From the NCBI RefSeq assembly GCF_037042905.1, contig NC_087246.1:8806001-8870000 (forward strand): a DNA stretch of 64,000 bases. Direction: 5' to 3'. A program made the position numbers and the translations under genes. Each line of letters begins with the position of its first letter. Within the stretch, counting starts at the first letter, position 1. Shown here piece by piece: positions 27,514 to 41,400 of the stretch. The stretch comes from Lytechinus pictus (Eukaryota). Below the pieces are notes generated by a model that saw nothing but the letters and a program-made list of their open reading frames with translations, did not search any database and was not told the origin of the DNA.

Positions 27514-30500
27514 TTAAGTCTGGGACACACTACCTCTACAAAACAAACCACTTAAATTGATTGTTCCAAGCTTAAAACCTAATTTTTTTTTTAAAGTGTC
27601 TAGATGTACACTTGATCAAATCATCATCAACTGATACTTTATTTTTATCAATTTCTTAAAAATTGTTACAAAACGGCAAATTATGGAGTTTTTTTGAAAA
27701 CTCATTTACCATTGGATGTCTGCACCATTGCTTTCCGCTGCTTTAACTGCGACTACGGAAGTAGTACTATTTTTCTCGAATACGTTTTTACGTATATACG
27801 TGATCATTATAAAAATTCAATATCGATTATGAAGCTAGTTTTGTGACCAGTTTTATTTAATTCTAGCTAAGTAATAGATTAGTCATGATCTATGTGATCT
27901 TTTTATTGTGCGATCGATTACGACTGCAGACGAGTAGATCTTTCACAGGAGTTTAGTATCGATTCTCATACAATTACAAGATATCATATTGACTCGACTC
28001 CACGCAGTTAACCGTACGTATGGTACATGTATGTACGTAAGCGGGCAATGTACGATCATTTTTCACACCGTGCAATTGCTGCTCAGCTGAATGCGTGTAA
28101 CAATCAATGAAAGCAAGAAGGAGGAGCAAGCGTTATTTTTTTCCAAATAATGCCTGGTGTTCTGGAATTTGAAGTCAGGATATCTTAAAGCCGGTATACT
28201 GTATGCCACTGCTGGTAAATTAATTTTTGGTTAAAATGTAGCCCAATTAATATGAACAATTTGTGCAGAAATATCACAGTCCCAGTCTATACAGTCCGAC
28301 GTAACTGTGTTAGACATAGCGTCACGGGTGGAGGATGACTATGTTTTAATCATCATTTGAAAGGATTTTGCGCTATTAAACTGCGGTCTAAGGTACGTTG
28401 TTTATTAATTTTATATATTTTCTTGTCAAATCGGATGTGATTTTTAAAGCAAAAATGTGAAATTTATGTATAAAAAAAACGATCCGAATATCGGGTTGCC
28501 CCGGGTTTAGATCTAAATACTGCTAATACGTTGTCTCTACGTATGGGCCTCCAACTCTTCAGTCTTTGTATTGGGGATTGGAGTCAACGTAGTTCAGCAG
28601 AACAACCAATTTACAGAGACTGAAGCTTTTGTCTAGGCTAGCCCCCACGAGGCCTCGCTCATGCCATGCGGTAGGATGGATGGTGGGGTGTCCAGACACT
28701 TTATTATTTTGAAGACTTGAAGCCTTCTTTTTTTGTCTTTGGAATACACTAAAAATATGAATTCAATAGTTGTAATCATCTTCTATTTTGCTCTTTATAA
28801 TACTGCCTGATATTTTGTTCTGATAATTGATGAAACTTCTCGTTATTTTTTTTATTTAGACCTGGTAAAATGCTAAAAATCTAGACAAAAACATTTCGCC
28901 AAATAGTGGACAGTTATACCCATGGGCGCTCGCAATAATAGGCTACCGTCATCGGTGAATGGGAATGATAGTAAAATGTCAGAAATTGTAAAATAAATTC
29001 CCAGAAACAAAGGTTATTCCTATCGATACTGAACTTGTGTGTTCTATCTATGTGAAAAGTTGGAAAATTAAAAAAATCACTGATCAGCTATTTTGGCCAT
29101 ATTTTGTTGTTTTTTTTTCCTTTTTCAGTTCTATTAATATTCCTTATGGAAGGTTGTTGCAAAGTTTTATGCGTAATAATAACCATTCTCTGATGCGTAA
29201 ATGTGCGCGTTGGGCAATACAAGGCTGGTAATTTTCTTATGTATTTATTTGTCTTTCAACTTTTTGTTTTGTATTTTTTTATGGAAATCATTGGCGACTT
29301 TATTCTGACCACAAACAAGATGAAATTAATTGAGTTTAACTTGTAAAAGTAAAAATAATGATTAATGAATATTGACTAAAAACACTATTTGCATTGGATT
29401 TGCACACAATTCACATTTTTTTTAGCAATTTGGGTCTGACATACACAAAAAGTTACAAATGTTGTGTAATTTTGGAACTGCGTACGTGGGCCTGGATGTT
29501 GCAAATTTGGTCTCAAAAGTTGCGCTAGGTCTACTTAAAAGTAAAAAGTCAGTGAGCGATGAGTTAAACAAAATTGTATTTTTTATTATCTATTTTTTAT
29601 TTTTTATTAGACTGGACACTTGTAAGTTATTTGCAGGAGGTCGCGGTCACATGCATTATATGTATGAAGACTGGACACTTGTACATGTAAGTTATTTGCC
29701 GGCGGTCATGATCACATGCATTGACAACGTGCATGAACACTGGACATTAATTGATGATTTGATTACTAGATCATAGGTGTAAACTTTGTATTTAATACTG
29801 TTAGAATCTAGATTAGTCTTATAAAGTATAGTTTTTAATACTGGACCAACATGCCTACATGTAGATGTCCAGTGGTCCATGAGTTTGTAACGCATATAGT
29901 TCACGTTATTAACCAATGATTGACACTTGTCCAGTGCATATTTTCATAATTCCAAATTTTGGCCTGAAAAATTGTGTTTTCATTGTTTTATGTGTTCTTC
30001 TGAAATTCCGTGAAATTCTTTCGTTTTCTGTATCGCAGAAAACTGAGGACTCTCTAATCTAAATTACCTGCACCTAACTTTCTGGACAGTCTTCCTCTAT
30101 TAGAAGTTCTATAACAGTCTATCACATACATGTAAATCTTACTTTTCTTAGAAGTTAGATCTTATTCCGTGAAATTCTTTCGTTTTCCGTATCACAGAAA
30201 ACTGAGGACTCTCTAATCTAAAATACCCGCACTTAACTTTCAGAACCGTCTACAGTACCTCTAACAGTGTAGCACATAAATCCTACATTGTCTTAGAAGT
30301 TAAATCTTAAATGTAGGGATACCATTAATGAAATTAAATAGTTTACAAATAATTAATGTTTATGACTGCAATGGATCATTTCATCTTTCACCAAATGAAA
30401 TAGTATGTCCATTGCACTCATAAACATTCATTATTTGTTTTATTTGACAGCACCATCGATTAATTTGTCCAAATCCTGTTCTGTCATTAAAACAGACTCC

Positions 30501-30589
30501 GCCATGTTTACATTTGTTCACTGGTCGTGTCAGAGGTTAAATTCAAAAGTGAAATATTTCTACATGAAAATGACATTAATTTTCTATAG

Positions 30590-32425
30590 ATGAAAACGAG
30601 AAGCTGCTCAAGACAGGGTGATGCAGAAGAAATTGCCCGGAGGTTCATCAGGGATTGCCGAGATCCATCCTGGGTTGGCGAGAAATGGATCTCAGAGTTG
30701 AAAGGTACATCATTTTTTAAAAATATTTTCAAATATATTTTCAATCTGCAGAATAATGGAGGCTTATATAAAATCAAATTATTTGTGGGCCATTTTATTA
30801 TAATCACATTGCCAGTATCACTAACACAATTGTATTTTAGGAAACGAAAATATGATGGAGTAAGAAGTAATTACGAATTACAAAAGAAGCTTTCATTCTT
30901 AATAATGTAGTAGTCGCTTAATTCAGTGTTTTTAACTTTTGAAAGTGCAAATAATACCTTTGAGGCTCTCTGATTTTGTACTCTAATCGTGCAATAATTC
31001 TTGTAATTAAAGGAGAATGAAACCCTTCAAACCAGCTGAATCCATATCAAAGAGAAAAATCAAAGAAACATATTGTTGAAAGTTTGAGGAAGATTGAATG
31101 AATAATAAGAAAGTTATGAGCATTTGAATATTGAGATCACTAATGCCATGTAGATCCTCCCTTTGGCAATGCGACCAAGATCTGTAATGTCACACACATA
31201 CAACTCCCTCATTACTTTAGTACTTATTTCACTTATATTCTCACTTTTATAGAGTCTATCACAAGGTGAGGTGTTTTCTTTATGAGAGGACAAGTACAGA
31301 GGTTTCACAACATTATGTAATTGATGAATCATTTGTCATATGATTAGAATGAGCAAAAAAAGATGTTTTGGGGTATATTTTCAGTGTCCAAAATGGGAGA
31401 GTTGTTCATCTGTGACATCATAGATCTTGGTCGCATTGCCAATTGGAGGATCTCCATAGCATTAGTGATCTCGACATTCAAATGCTCATAACTCTTCTAT
31501 TGCTAGTCCTATTTTACTCAAACTTTTGTTGATCTTATTCTTTGATTTTTCTGCTTTCACAAAAGCTAACTTGCTCCAAGAGTTTCATTCTCCTTTAATG
31601 TGATTTTCTTGATTTTTTTTTTCAATAAAGACAGAATTATAAAAAAGAGTAAGATGGGGTTCAGTCAGAATCAATGGCACTGATACCTCACCTTCTAATT
31701 TAGGAATGTTCAAAACATTCCTTTAATGCTCTAAATAAAAATTTCATTTTAAAATTCATTAAATGAATAGGGAGAGGTGTGATCACCACCAAAGATGTTC
31801 CCCCAGGAACCTTCATGCTTCAGTATCCTGGAGAATTGGTTACTGCAGGAGAAGGCGAGAAAAGGGAGAAGGAAGTGGAAAGTGTCTTCCGATTCTTTTT
31901 TTCATGGAAAGGGAATAGTTTGTGGTAAGTCCAGCATAGAGCAGAAAGGTCCACTAGGCCAGAAATGTGTGTACATATATATGTAAATAATGTAAACAAT
32001 GTTAATGATATTAAAGAAGTACTAAATCCTGCCTAAAAATAATCTTTCCTGTACCCTAACCTCAGGTGGCTCACACCAAATTCTTTTTAGTGCAGCAAAT
32101 GTAATTCTTTTAATTTTTTGCTTGAACTTAAATATGATCTTTAAGGGTAATTAATGGAACCATAACCTAATATTTTCTCATCAAAATTTATGAAATTGAT
32201 CATGTTATATTTTGCAGAACTGCTGGACTTGACAACCAAATTCCAAAATTAATAATCTTAACTTCATTGCTATCTGTTTAGTGTGGATGCTACCCCAGAG
32301 CCCCTTTCCGAGTGTCCATTGAGGCTTGGACGCCTAGTGAACCATGCTAGTCAAAAGGAAATTAATTGTAAAGTGAAGGTAGTTCCCTTTGAGGGACAAC
32401 CGTATCTGTGCCTTTTCAGTACACG
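30590..32425 (+). CDS. SET domain exons (SETD8/PR-Set7-like histone lysine methyltransferase fold)
   Basis: Spliced translation ...ISELKGRGVITTKDVPPGTFMLQYPGELV...FRFFFSWKGNSLCVDAT...RLGRLVNHAS...NCKVKVVPFEGQPYLCLFSTR contains the GRGV, YxGEL, CVDAT and GRLxNH motifs of SETD8-type SET domains. Confidence 0.85.
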
Positions 32426-35400
32426 GTACGTAGATGATTACTGTTATGCTCATTAATTAAAGTTATATCAAGTCCGTAATGCATTGACATTGAATTGAAT
32501 ATTCTTTAGAACTGAAGCGTATGAATCGCAATGTGTCCCCTGTACAATGAAATGGTCCCTGATCCTATATTTTGTGCTCGTAAGTTTGCATGTACTTTGA
32601 AATTACATGTAGTCGAATTTTCCTAGAATCTTTGTGCAGACAACCTGATGCCAAAATGATTATTCAAATTGCTCTATCCGCTTACCATAACAACCATGAA
32701 ACCAGTAGAGGCAATATAAAGGCAATGCCTTTGAAGCCGGTTGCGAATTTGGGAGGTAAAACTATGAAACCGTCAAACCGGTATGTTTTGTTTTGATTAA
32801 TAACATTTTTCTAAGATCTACATTATAAATTTATATCAGACATTTGACCTTTGACAAAAAATGAATAAATAAAGTTTTTGAACAAAAAATACAAAATAAA
32901 AAAAAGTGTTTTTCCTACACTAATGTATGATGTCAGTATTCATTTAACTTTACGAGTGGATCATGAGGAGGCCATAAGGCAAGATTCAAGCAGTCACCTA
33001 ACTTTTAAAGAATTACAGTCTTCTCTCTTTTAAGAATTAAAAAAGAACAAAACTGAATACTGCTTTGTAGTCACTGCCATGTTTTGAGCCATCTAGATTG
33101 CATGCACATACTATCACAACTCTGAGCTAAGTGACTGTTTAAAGCTTGATCGAGGGCAAATTTTAATTGCTACAGAGAATATGCCCAGGCCAACTTCGCC
33201 CTTACTGTAGTTCATGCACACAGGCTTCCTGCAATAGACTGATGGGCTCTGTCTGAACTTTTGCACAGTAAACACATGACAAAGTCAGCCAATCTTAGAA
33301 AATGTCCGGTATCAAAGTTCTTTTACGCCAAAAACCAAATCCGGCTTCCTAGACACTGCGCAATAAAAATCCTTTCACAATAGTCAGGTAGACTCATGAC
33401 TCGTATATCTAGCAAGCATATTTAATGTTAAAAGGTTTTATCAGGTAGTGTGTTTCATTATTAAGAAAATGACACCAAGATCATTAGTTCTGGTTGAGTA
33501 ATTTTGCTTAGTTTACGAATTATAATGACCATTATTACCCCTACCTTAAGGAGACAATTGAAAGGATTCACAATTTAAAGGAGACAATGTCTCCGTAATA
33601 ACTTGGTAGTTCTTCACATGTATAACTACATGTAGATGACACTTAAAGGAGACAGTATGGATTTAGAGTGACATAATATGAATCAGAGAACACTAGTTAT
33701 GGAGACAATTTTGTATCATTTTAACTGCTTTTATGTTTTAGTCAATATATAGTTGAAACCTGATAGAAAGTTTATACTCAAAGAATTACAAAGCCCAGAA
33801 GCTTCACAGACTTTTTGCATGGAATGAACTTGTTAAATAAAAATCCTGCGTCATTTTAGAATGCGAGTTTGAATATGCAAATTATTGTGCAAGAAAGGTT
33901 TCATTTTCAGTGCAAGTAATGCATACTACACATCTGATTTATTCACCAGCTAGAGGGTGCTTTTAATATTTTCTCTTCAGAAGTGGGGAGGAACCATGGA
34001 ATCAGGTACAAGTCTGCTAGGTGTAGAATCTTTATTAAGCTTATTACAGTACAACCATTTAGTTTGCATTCAGCCAAAATTATTTATAACTAAATTGAGT
34101 TGGAGCTTTTTTTAGCTGTACTGTATACCCCAACTGTATAATCCAAAGTCAAATGGACTATTGTTGTGAAGTATGGGGTCTACGATTTATTACCCAAACA
34201 AATCAAATAATACAACTTCAGAAACATGCTGCTAGAATAGTACCAAGCTAACTTCCTTACCCCGTCTGAACAATTATTGAAAGATATAGAATGGTTTTCC
34301 TATCCTCAAAGAATAATGTATTTCAGATGTATGTTTATATTTAAGAGTCTAAATAATTTATCTTCTGATTTTTTGTTTAACGATAGCTTTAAATTCTATC
34401 CGAAGAACATAACGTAAGTGCAAAATCTGCCGCCAACCCACGACTCGATGTCCCAAAATACAATACTGATTACTATAAATGCTAACTTATTATCACTTCA
34501 ATATCAATGTTTTCCTTCCCCTTCATTTAAAACCCCTAACCACCCTCTCTAATTTAAAAAAAAGAACTCAAATCATATATTATGTCCTACAAATGGTTCT
34601 TGTGTTTCAACCACTTTAATGATTCTGACATTGTGTGCCTTTTTGTATTCCAAATATTATATTATGTATTTATTTTGTATATATTTTTATCATTTGTATA
34701 TACTTGTTTTGTTTTTATGCTTTTAGGGCCCCTTTTAATACTAACTTTTGTTGAAGACCACACTATTAAAATATTGTTCAAATAAATAAAAATAAATAAA
34801 TAACATATGAGTGTACAGGAATTAGGAATCAGCAATCAGCTATGTGTTCCATTGCAAATCTTGCAGATTAAAATTCTTTATCATTTTTGAAATTTTGCAC
34901 ATGTAATGTGATTTTTAATTCAGGATTTGCCAAACCACGGCCAAAAGAAAGTTTGCAAATAACCTACTTGATAAAACATGCAGACCAAAGAATACAAACT
35001 ACATGTACATTGATGGAATTGCAGACTGTGCTATCAAAAGTACTATATAAGAACCAAGTTTGCAAAAGGTCTACCCGTCAAAACCCATTTAATTTCTTTT
35101 TAAACGAGCTAGAGCAAGGAGACTGGATTAGAATATCAAGTATCACCACTAAACTAAAGCTGAATTTTGAGGTTTGTTTTTTAGTTGCTTCTTCTTAATA
35201 CAAAATGTTCAGGAGCAAGGCCTTTTATGAAATTACATTTATAAGTGTGCTTTATTTAAAAAACCAGACAGAATTGGATGACATTACATCTGAGCCGCAT
35301 GAATCCCCACCTGGATTGAGACCACCTTTTGGTGCTCAAACAGCTAGTGCCAAGACTCCAAGCCCAAGTCCTGCCAAACAACCAGCACAAGGTCCAGTTC

Positions 35401-38400
35401 CAACCAGTCTAGTCCCAAGTCCAGCAGCTGTGAAAAGGTCACTGTCCCCAGCTTTCAGACTTCAACCTCAGCCCGAGACGTCTACGCCAAGCACTTCTTC
35501 AAAGGTTTGTAAAAAAATTTTGATACAAGTTTAAGACATGTTTATGAGGCTTAACCCTAATCCAGCGGGGGTCAATTTGACCTCTTTTTGACATTTTGAA
35601 TAATAATTACAAAACGCATTAGATTTTTCTGCGCCATTTCATGACTTTTCCCGCATATTTTTAGACCAAATTTGCGTTGTTCGGGTACATCGTTCAAAAG
35701 TTTCATAATGTTTGTACATGCATGTCAGCCATTTATTTTTTCTTGTGTGCGAATCCAATACAAATTGTGCTTCGGGGGTTAAATTTATAGCAATTACATT
35801 ATTTGAACTATACAGTGCATCCCACAAAAAATGAAACCGAGATTTAGCGATGATTTATCATAAATTAATCATAAATACAATAGACAAATGACCTATCAAT
35901 GTAAAGCTTAGAATCTCCTCTTTCATCTGATATTACTTAGATTATTCCTCATTCACGCATGAGTAAGCAAAAACAATTTGAAGAAAGGATACCAAAAACT
36001 CGTTTGGCGGGGGGTATCTGAATTTCAAAAAGAAATCACATGCCTAAAAAGTTCAATATCTGCTCTTTTATTTGATACCTTAATCACAAAAAACTGGTCA
36101 AGAAGTAAGAAAGTTATGGTTCCTCGAAAAAAATGCTTGTATTTCCATAATTTCATTAAATAAACGTGTTTTCACCGGTTTCCCAATGAAGCTATCGCAC
36201 GCTTAACAAAAGACTTAATGCATGGCTGATCGTCAACAAAACGGAGTGTCGAGTGAGTTTGAACGCTAGCCTGTAAAACCTCTTAATTTTATGAAATTAT
36301 TGAAATTCAAGCCTTATTTCAAATAACCAGAACTTTGTTATTTCTTGACCATTTTCTAAAATTGAGGTATCAAATTAAAGAGCAGATATTGAACTTTCTA
36401 AAAATGTGGTTTTCTTTTTGAAACCCAGATACAGCCCGCCAAATGACCTTTGGGTATCCCCTCTTCAAATTGTTTTTGCTCACTCATGCGTGAATGAGAA
36501 ATAACCTAAGTAAATGAAAGAGGAGATTCTAAGCTTTACAATGGTAGGTCATTTGTCTATTGTATTTGTGATTAAGTTATGATAAATCATTGATAAATCT
36601 CGGTTTCGTTCTTTGTGGGACGCACTGTATAAATCATTGAAATCAATTTTAATATTCTAATGTAAATCAACTTTAAAAAGTGTCCCAAACAAATTTTAGT
36701 GAAAAAAACAATGGGAAACAATAGAATATATTTTATAATAAATTAATAAAATAATGAAATTTAAATCTATTAAGATTTCAGATATTTTTTTTCATTCATT
36801 TTCATGATTGCATTAATAAAAAAATGAAAACCTTTATCTAAAATTTAACCATATAATCATACAGTTTGGCATGGAAACCACCATGAATATTGATGCATAA
36901 TGATAACTTAAAAATAAAATTGATCTTTGAGGAAAATCCATTCAGAAATGGCTGAAATATCAATAATAAAAATCAAGTAAAAGACGCGCCCGTCATTTTT
37001 TACTCGAATTTGAAAGAACTGTTGTAAAGAAAATGTGCATTATTTACGCATATTTCGTTATTCTTGATTTTAATACTACTTTTGTGTCAATACCGTAAAA
37101 GAGAGAAGGCATATCAAGTGATTTAGTCATTTGAGTCAAGCCAGTTCTATGTATTGGAGAAAGGGGAGGGGGTTCTTTAATAAACCATATAGTTGTTGTT
37201 CTTTTTTTGGGGGGGAGGTTCGCTATCGGCAAATTTTCTGCAAAGGCAGGGACAGAACAGCACATTGGGCATGAATATTAGGCTACCTTCCGCCCACAAA
37301 ACGGGACATTTGCTGTCAATTTCTCCCCCCCCCACGAAGAGACACACAAGCGTAATTGCATGTACGCATCTGTGTTTGTGCGTGAAGGAGAATGAAAGTG
37401 ATTGTATGAGTTTGTGTGTGGTTGTGTGTGCGTGTGTGAGAGGTGTGTCAGTCTGCATACATGTGTTTCTGTGTGTGTTTGTGGGTGGTGTGTGTTGTAT
37501 GCGTGTACTTTTTTTGCTGGATGCTACACCAAATTTTTATTGAACATATTCATTAGACTCATCGGGGCATCGTTGAAGGTAGAGCTAATTAATATTCATA
37601 AAGACTTGTTTGGCGCAGATGCACGTGGGGGCTCTTTAAAAAGCCTTTCTGTCGTTGTGTCCAATATGCGCCTCCAGTCCAGCTTTTACGATATATGTTA
37701 TCAATCATGCCATTCAACAGCAGATATTATTTTTATTCTCTGAAAAAGATGGTTATTGAATCGATCACACATAATTACAAAAATATTTATTCAATTTTTG
37801 GCCCATACATCGCTTAGAAGGAAAAATTAAGCTACCAAATAGTTTCAAATGTCGTTTATAAGCAGTTTATCACTAAACTCTACTGTTAAAATGAGGTTTG
37901 GAGAAAATTTTGATCTCATATCCACTACTGAACTATCCCTTTAAAGTGATCATTAACTTTATATTTTTTTTCAGAAGGAATAGTTGAGACTTAATAACAC
38001 ACATATAATATGAATTTCATTGCAAGATGCTTGAGAATGATATATGAGATTTTCATGCAAAGAGACTACCAAGAATTTTAGCTCACCAAATAGCCCAGGT
38101 AAATTAGGGTTAACCCTGAAACCAGTGATTACTCAATTGAAGTGCTAGAAGCTAAACTAGCAGCACTTCTAGATGTTGAAATTTCTGCCAATTTACTTTT
38201 GGAAGATTGCAATTAGCAACATCAAATAAACTCTCATTTGTTCATCATTGCTACCTTAAAACCAGGGACAGAATCTATTTAGACTGCCAGATTTGTCTGA
38301 CTTATCTGTGCCGGGGCATAATGACCCAGATGTCTCAAGTGAAGTAGAATCAGCCCTTCTAGATAAAGAGGAAGATGAAATTTCTGCCAAGATGCACAGG

Positions 38401-41400
38401 GAGAAATGTGCAGCTACAGTCACAGTGAAATGCATAAAAACAGGTTGGTGTTCATAAATACTCAATGTTTAGTTTTAGCTTTGAAAGGTATTCATATGCT
38501 GAAAAAGTGATATGATCTTATAATTCATGGAACCTTATGTTAATAAAATTTATCAGCATTTAGTTTTTAAAATTTGTTATTAGTGGTTAGTGAAAATATA
38601 AGAAAATGCATATTAAATGGGAAATTAACTGCTGGTCAAGAATATTGATGATTAGCAGTTGCACTACTGTTCAGTGATTATGCAATTCTCTATTTTCCCT
38701 CACCACTTTTTGTTTATATGAGAAAATGTTAATGCTCTACAAAGCTTTTATTGGAGTTTTAACCAGTGTTATGCATACCACTGATGTTATAGCATATGAG
38801 ATACTGAAAATTGCATTTGAATGCTCATAACTTCATGCACCTGTAAATAAGATGTAATCCCCATGTAATATGTCCTGGGAAGCCAATTGAATCCTGTTTT
38901 GGAACAAAGGTCAAGGGTCATAATATGCAAAATGACCTTGGTATTGGCTCATGATATTATACAAATGTATAGCTGTGTGATATGTCATGATCTGGTTGAC
39001 AGATTACCATCGGTATTTGCAGTTATCTAAACAATCAAGGACCTGTAAATTTAATTCAAATGGGCTAGATATAAACCATGCCATGAATGTTTTTTTCTTT
39101 TTATTTAAGGCAGTTGAAGTCTTGAAAATCCATCTAGTTTATATAGATTTTATCAACAAATATTCTTTTTTGGATGAATTAAAAATAACCCTTTGCTTTA
39201 TTCCATATTTTTTCGTCCAGCTGATCCTTTCAAGACCATTGAGACTATGGCAGCCGAGTCCAATGATGATGATGAGGATGATGGTGATGCACTACTAGTA
39301 AGTGAAAGATGTACATCATGAGAGAATAGGTTTTGTGCTGTTTTCACAAATTTCTAATAATTTCTAAAGGAGGGGTAACTTGGGATGGATCATCCTTACA
39401 GAGTAGGACCCAATGTTGTTCATATGGGTTATGTGGCCCCCAGGGGGAGCTAGGCCCCAAAAGGAGATAAAGGGCAAACTTTAAAAAGGACAGACCCAAA
39501 AGCAGTAGAGGCAAGATATATTGTTTCTAGACATGCACCTTCAAATATGAAGAATATTATGGTTGATCATGAAAAATTAGGATGGCCCCACAGGGCCCTT
39601 AGAGGGGCCCAAGTGGGGAAAAAACACATTTTCATCATCTTCAGAACCATTGGCTTGGATCTTGGTTGAACTTGGTAGGGATCAGCCTGTGGGGGTAAAG
39701 ACCCAAATTAAATCATTTGGGGCATGTGACCTATGGGGGGGGGGTAAGAGGGGGCAAGGAGAGAATTGCATCAAATGTGTATTGATTGGGAAGCTGAGGT
39801 GTGCAACTAGCCACCTAGGGCTCTTGTTAATTCAGGCTTGACTGAGCCACAGCTAAGAAAAAGCCTGTGTACAGCATTGAAGCATGCAGACCAAAAAATA
39901 TAGCAACCTTGATTGGATTTCAAACTGCAAGTAAAGCACTAGCCCACCAGGAATCAAGATTTCACACATACAGTCTGCCCTTCAAAATCATTTATTTTTG
40001 TAATGCCTAGCAAAGTAAGTAGATTTTGTATTAGAATATAAATCTTCACCAGCAATCTAAAAATAAATCCCGATGTGTTTTGGATCAGCTTTCAGTAAAA
40101 TAAGATGTTAAATTACAAGTTATTTCAATTAATACAAGTGTGCTTTATTTCAAATACCAGGCAAAATTGGATGACATTACATCTGAACCGCATGAATCCC
40201 CACCTGGATTGAGACCCCCTTTTGATGTACATCGTGCAGTAGCTGGGTTCTAATTGATATTTCCTTTTACTTCTCAAATGCCCCTGTCCACCTCAGGTGG
40301 ACTTATCACTGACCAAATATCCTGTTCTAGGTTACCTAGCACAGTTTATTTGGTCAGTGATAAGTACATGACTAGTTTAATGAATATAGTTTGTGTGCAT
40401 TATTAAAAATTACAATGAGGTCTTGTGTACTGTTTATTTTCAATTCAGGAAGACAGCCAGAGAGGCACATGGCTGAATAGATCCAGAAATAAAGTTGACT
40501 ATGATGAGCAGTTGACTGAAACAACTTCATTCATATCAAGTGGGTCAGAATGGCTACCTGATGACTTATCAGATGTTCCTCCATCTGACTCTGAGGATAA
40601 TCAACTTTCACAGACATCCAGATTTAATCTATCTGAACTAACAAAGTCCAAGTCACCAAAGACTTTTTCATCCACAATAGTTCAGAAGATGGCAATTAAG
40701 ACAGATGAGAAAGAGAATACAAGATACACTAAACCAAACCGATCATGTCCATTTTGTAATAAGAGCTGTGGGGAAAAGCTGTCTAGACACATCAGGAATG
40801 TCCACAAGAATGAAAAAGATGTACAAATAGCAATGAAGCTACCAAAGAAAGAGCAGCTGAGGGCATTTGGAGAGTTCAAGAAACAAGGTATTCTCCAAAG
40901 AAACAGAAAATGTGCAAAGGAAGAAGAAGAACCTGCGTATCAAAGGGAACGGTGCACTGGCAGGAAAGACGCCCTTCTCATTTGTGGCATTTGCAAGGGC
41001 TTTTATGCCAAAAAGTACTTTTCGAGACATCATAAAATGTGTCGAGGAGACACTGCCATTCCACCTTCTTCTGTTTCTGTATCATTGCTCTCTACTGATC
41101 CTAACACAGAGATTTCTTGTCAAGGTTTTGCTTCAGAAATCCTGTCAAGAATAAAAGATGATGAAATTGGTGAGATGTGCAAAACAGATCCAGTAATCAG
41201 AAACATTGGTATGCGTCTTTGGGAGAGAGTTAAGAGGAAAATAGACAAAAAAAATGAAGTTCGGAAATCAGTCAGAACAAATATGCGACGTCTAGCAGCG
41301 CTGTATCTGACCTTCAAAGAGGCACATGAAGTGCACAACAGTGACAAAGAGCTGAAAGAGGACAATGCTGGTGACTTATTTGACCGTACTAATTTTCAGG

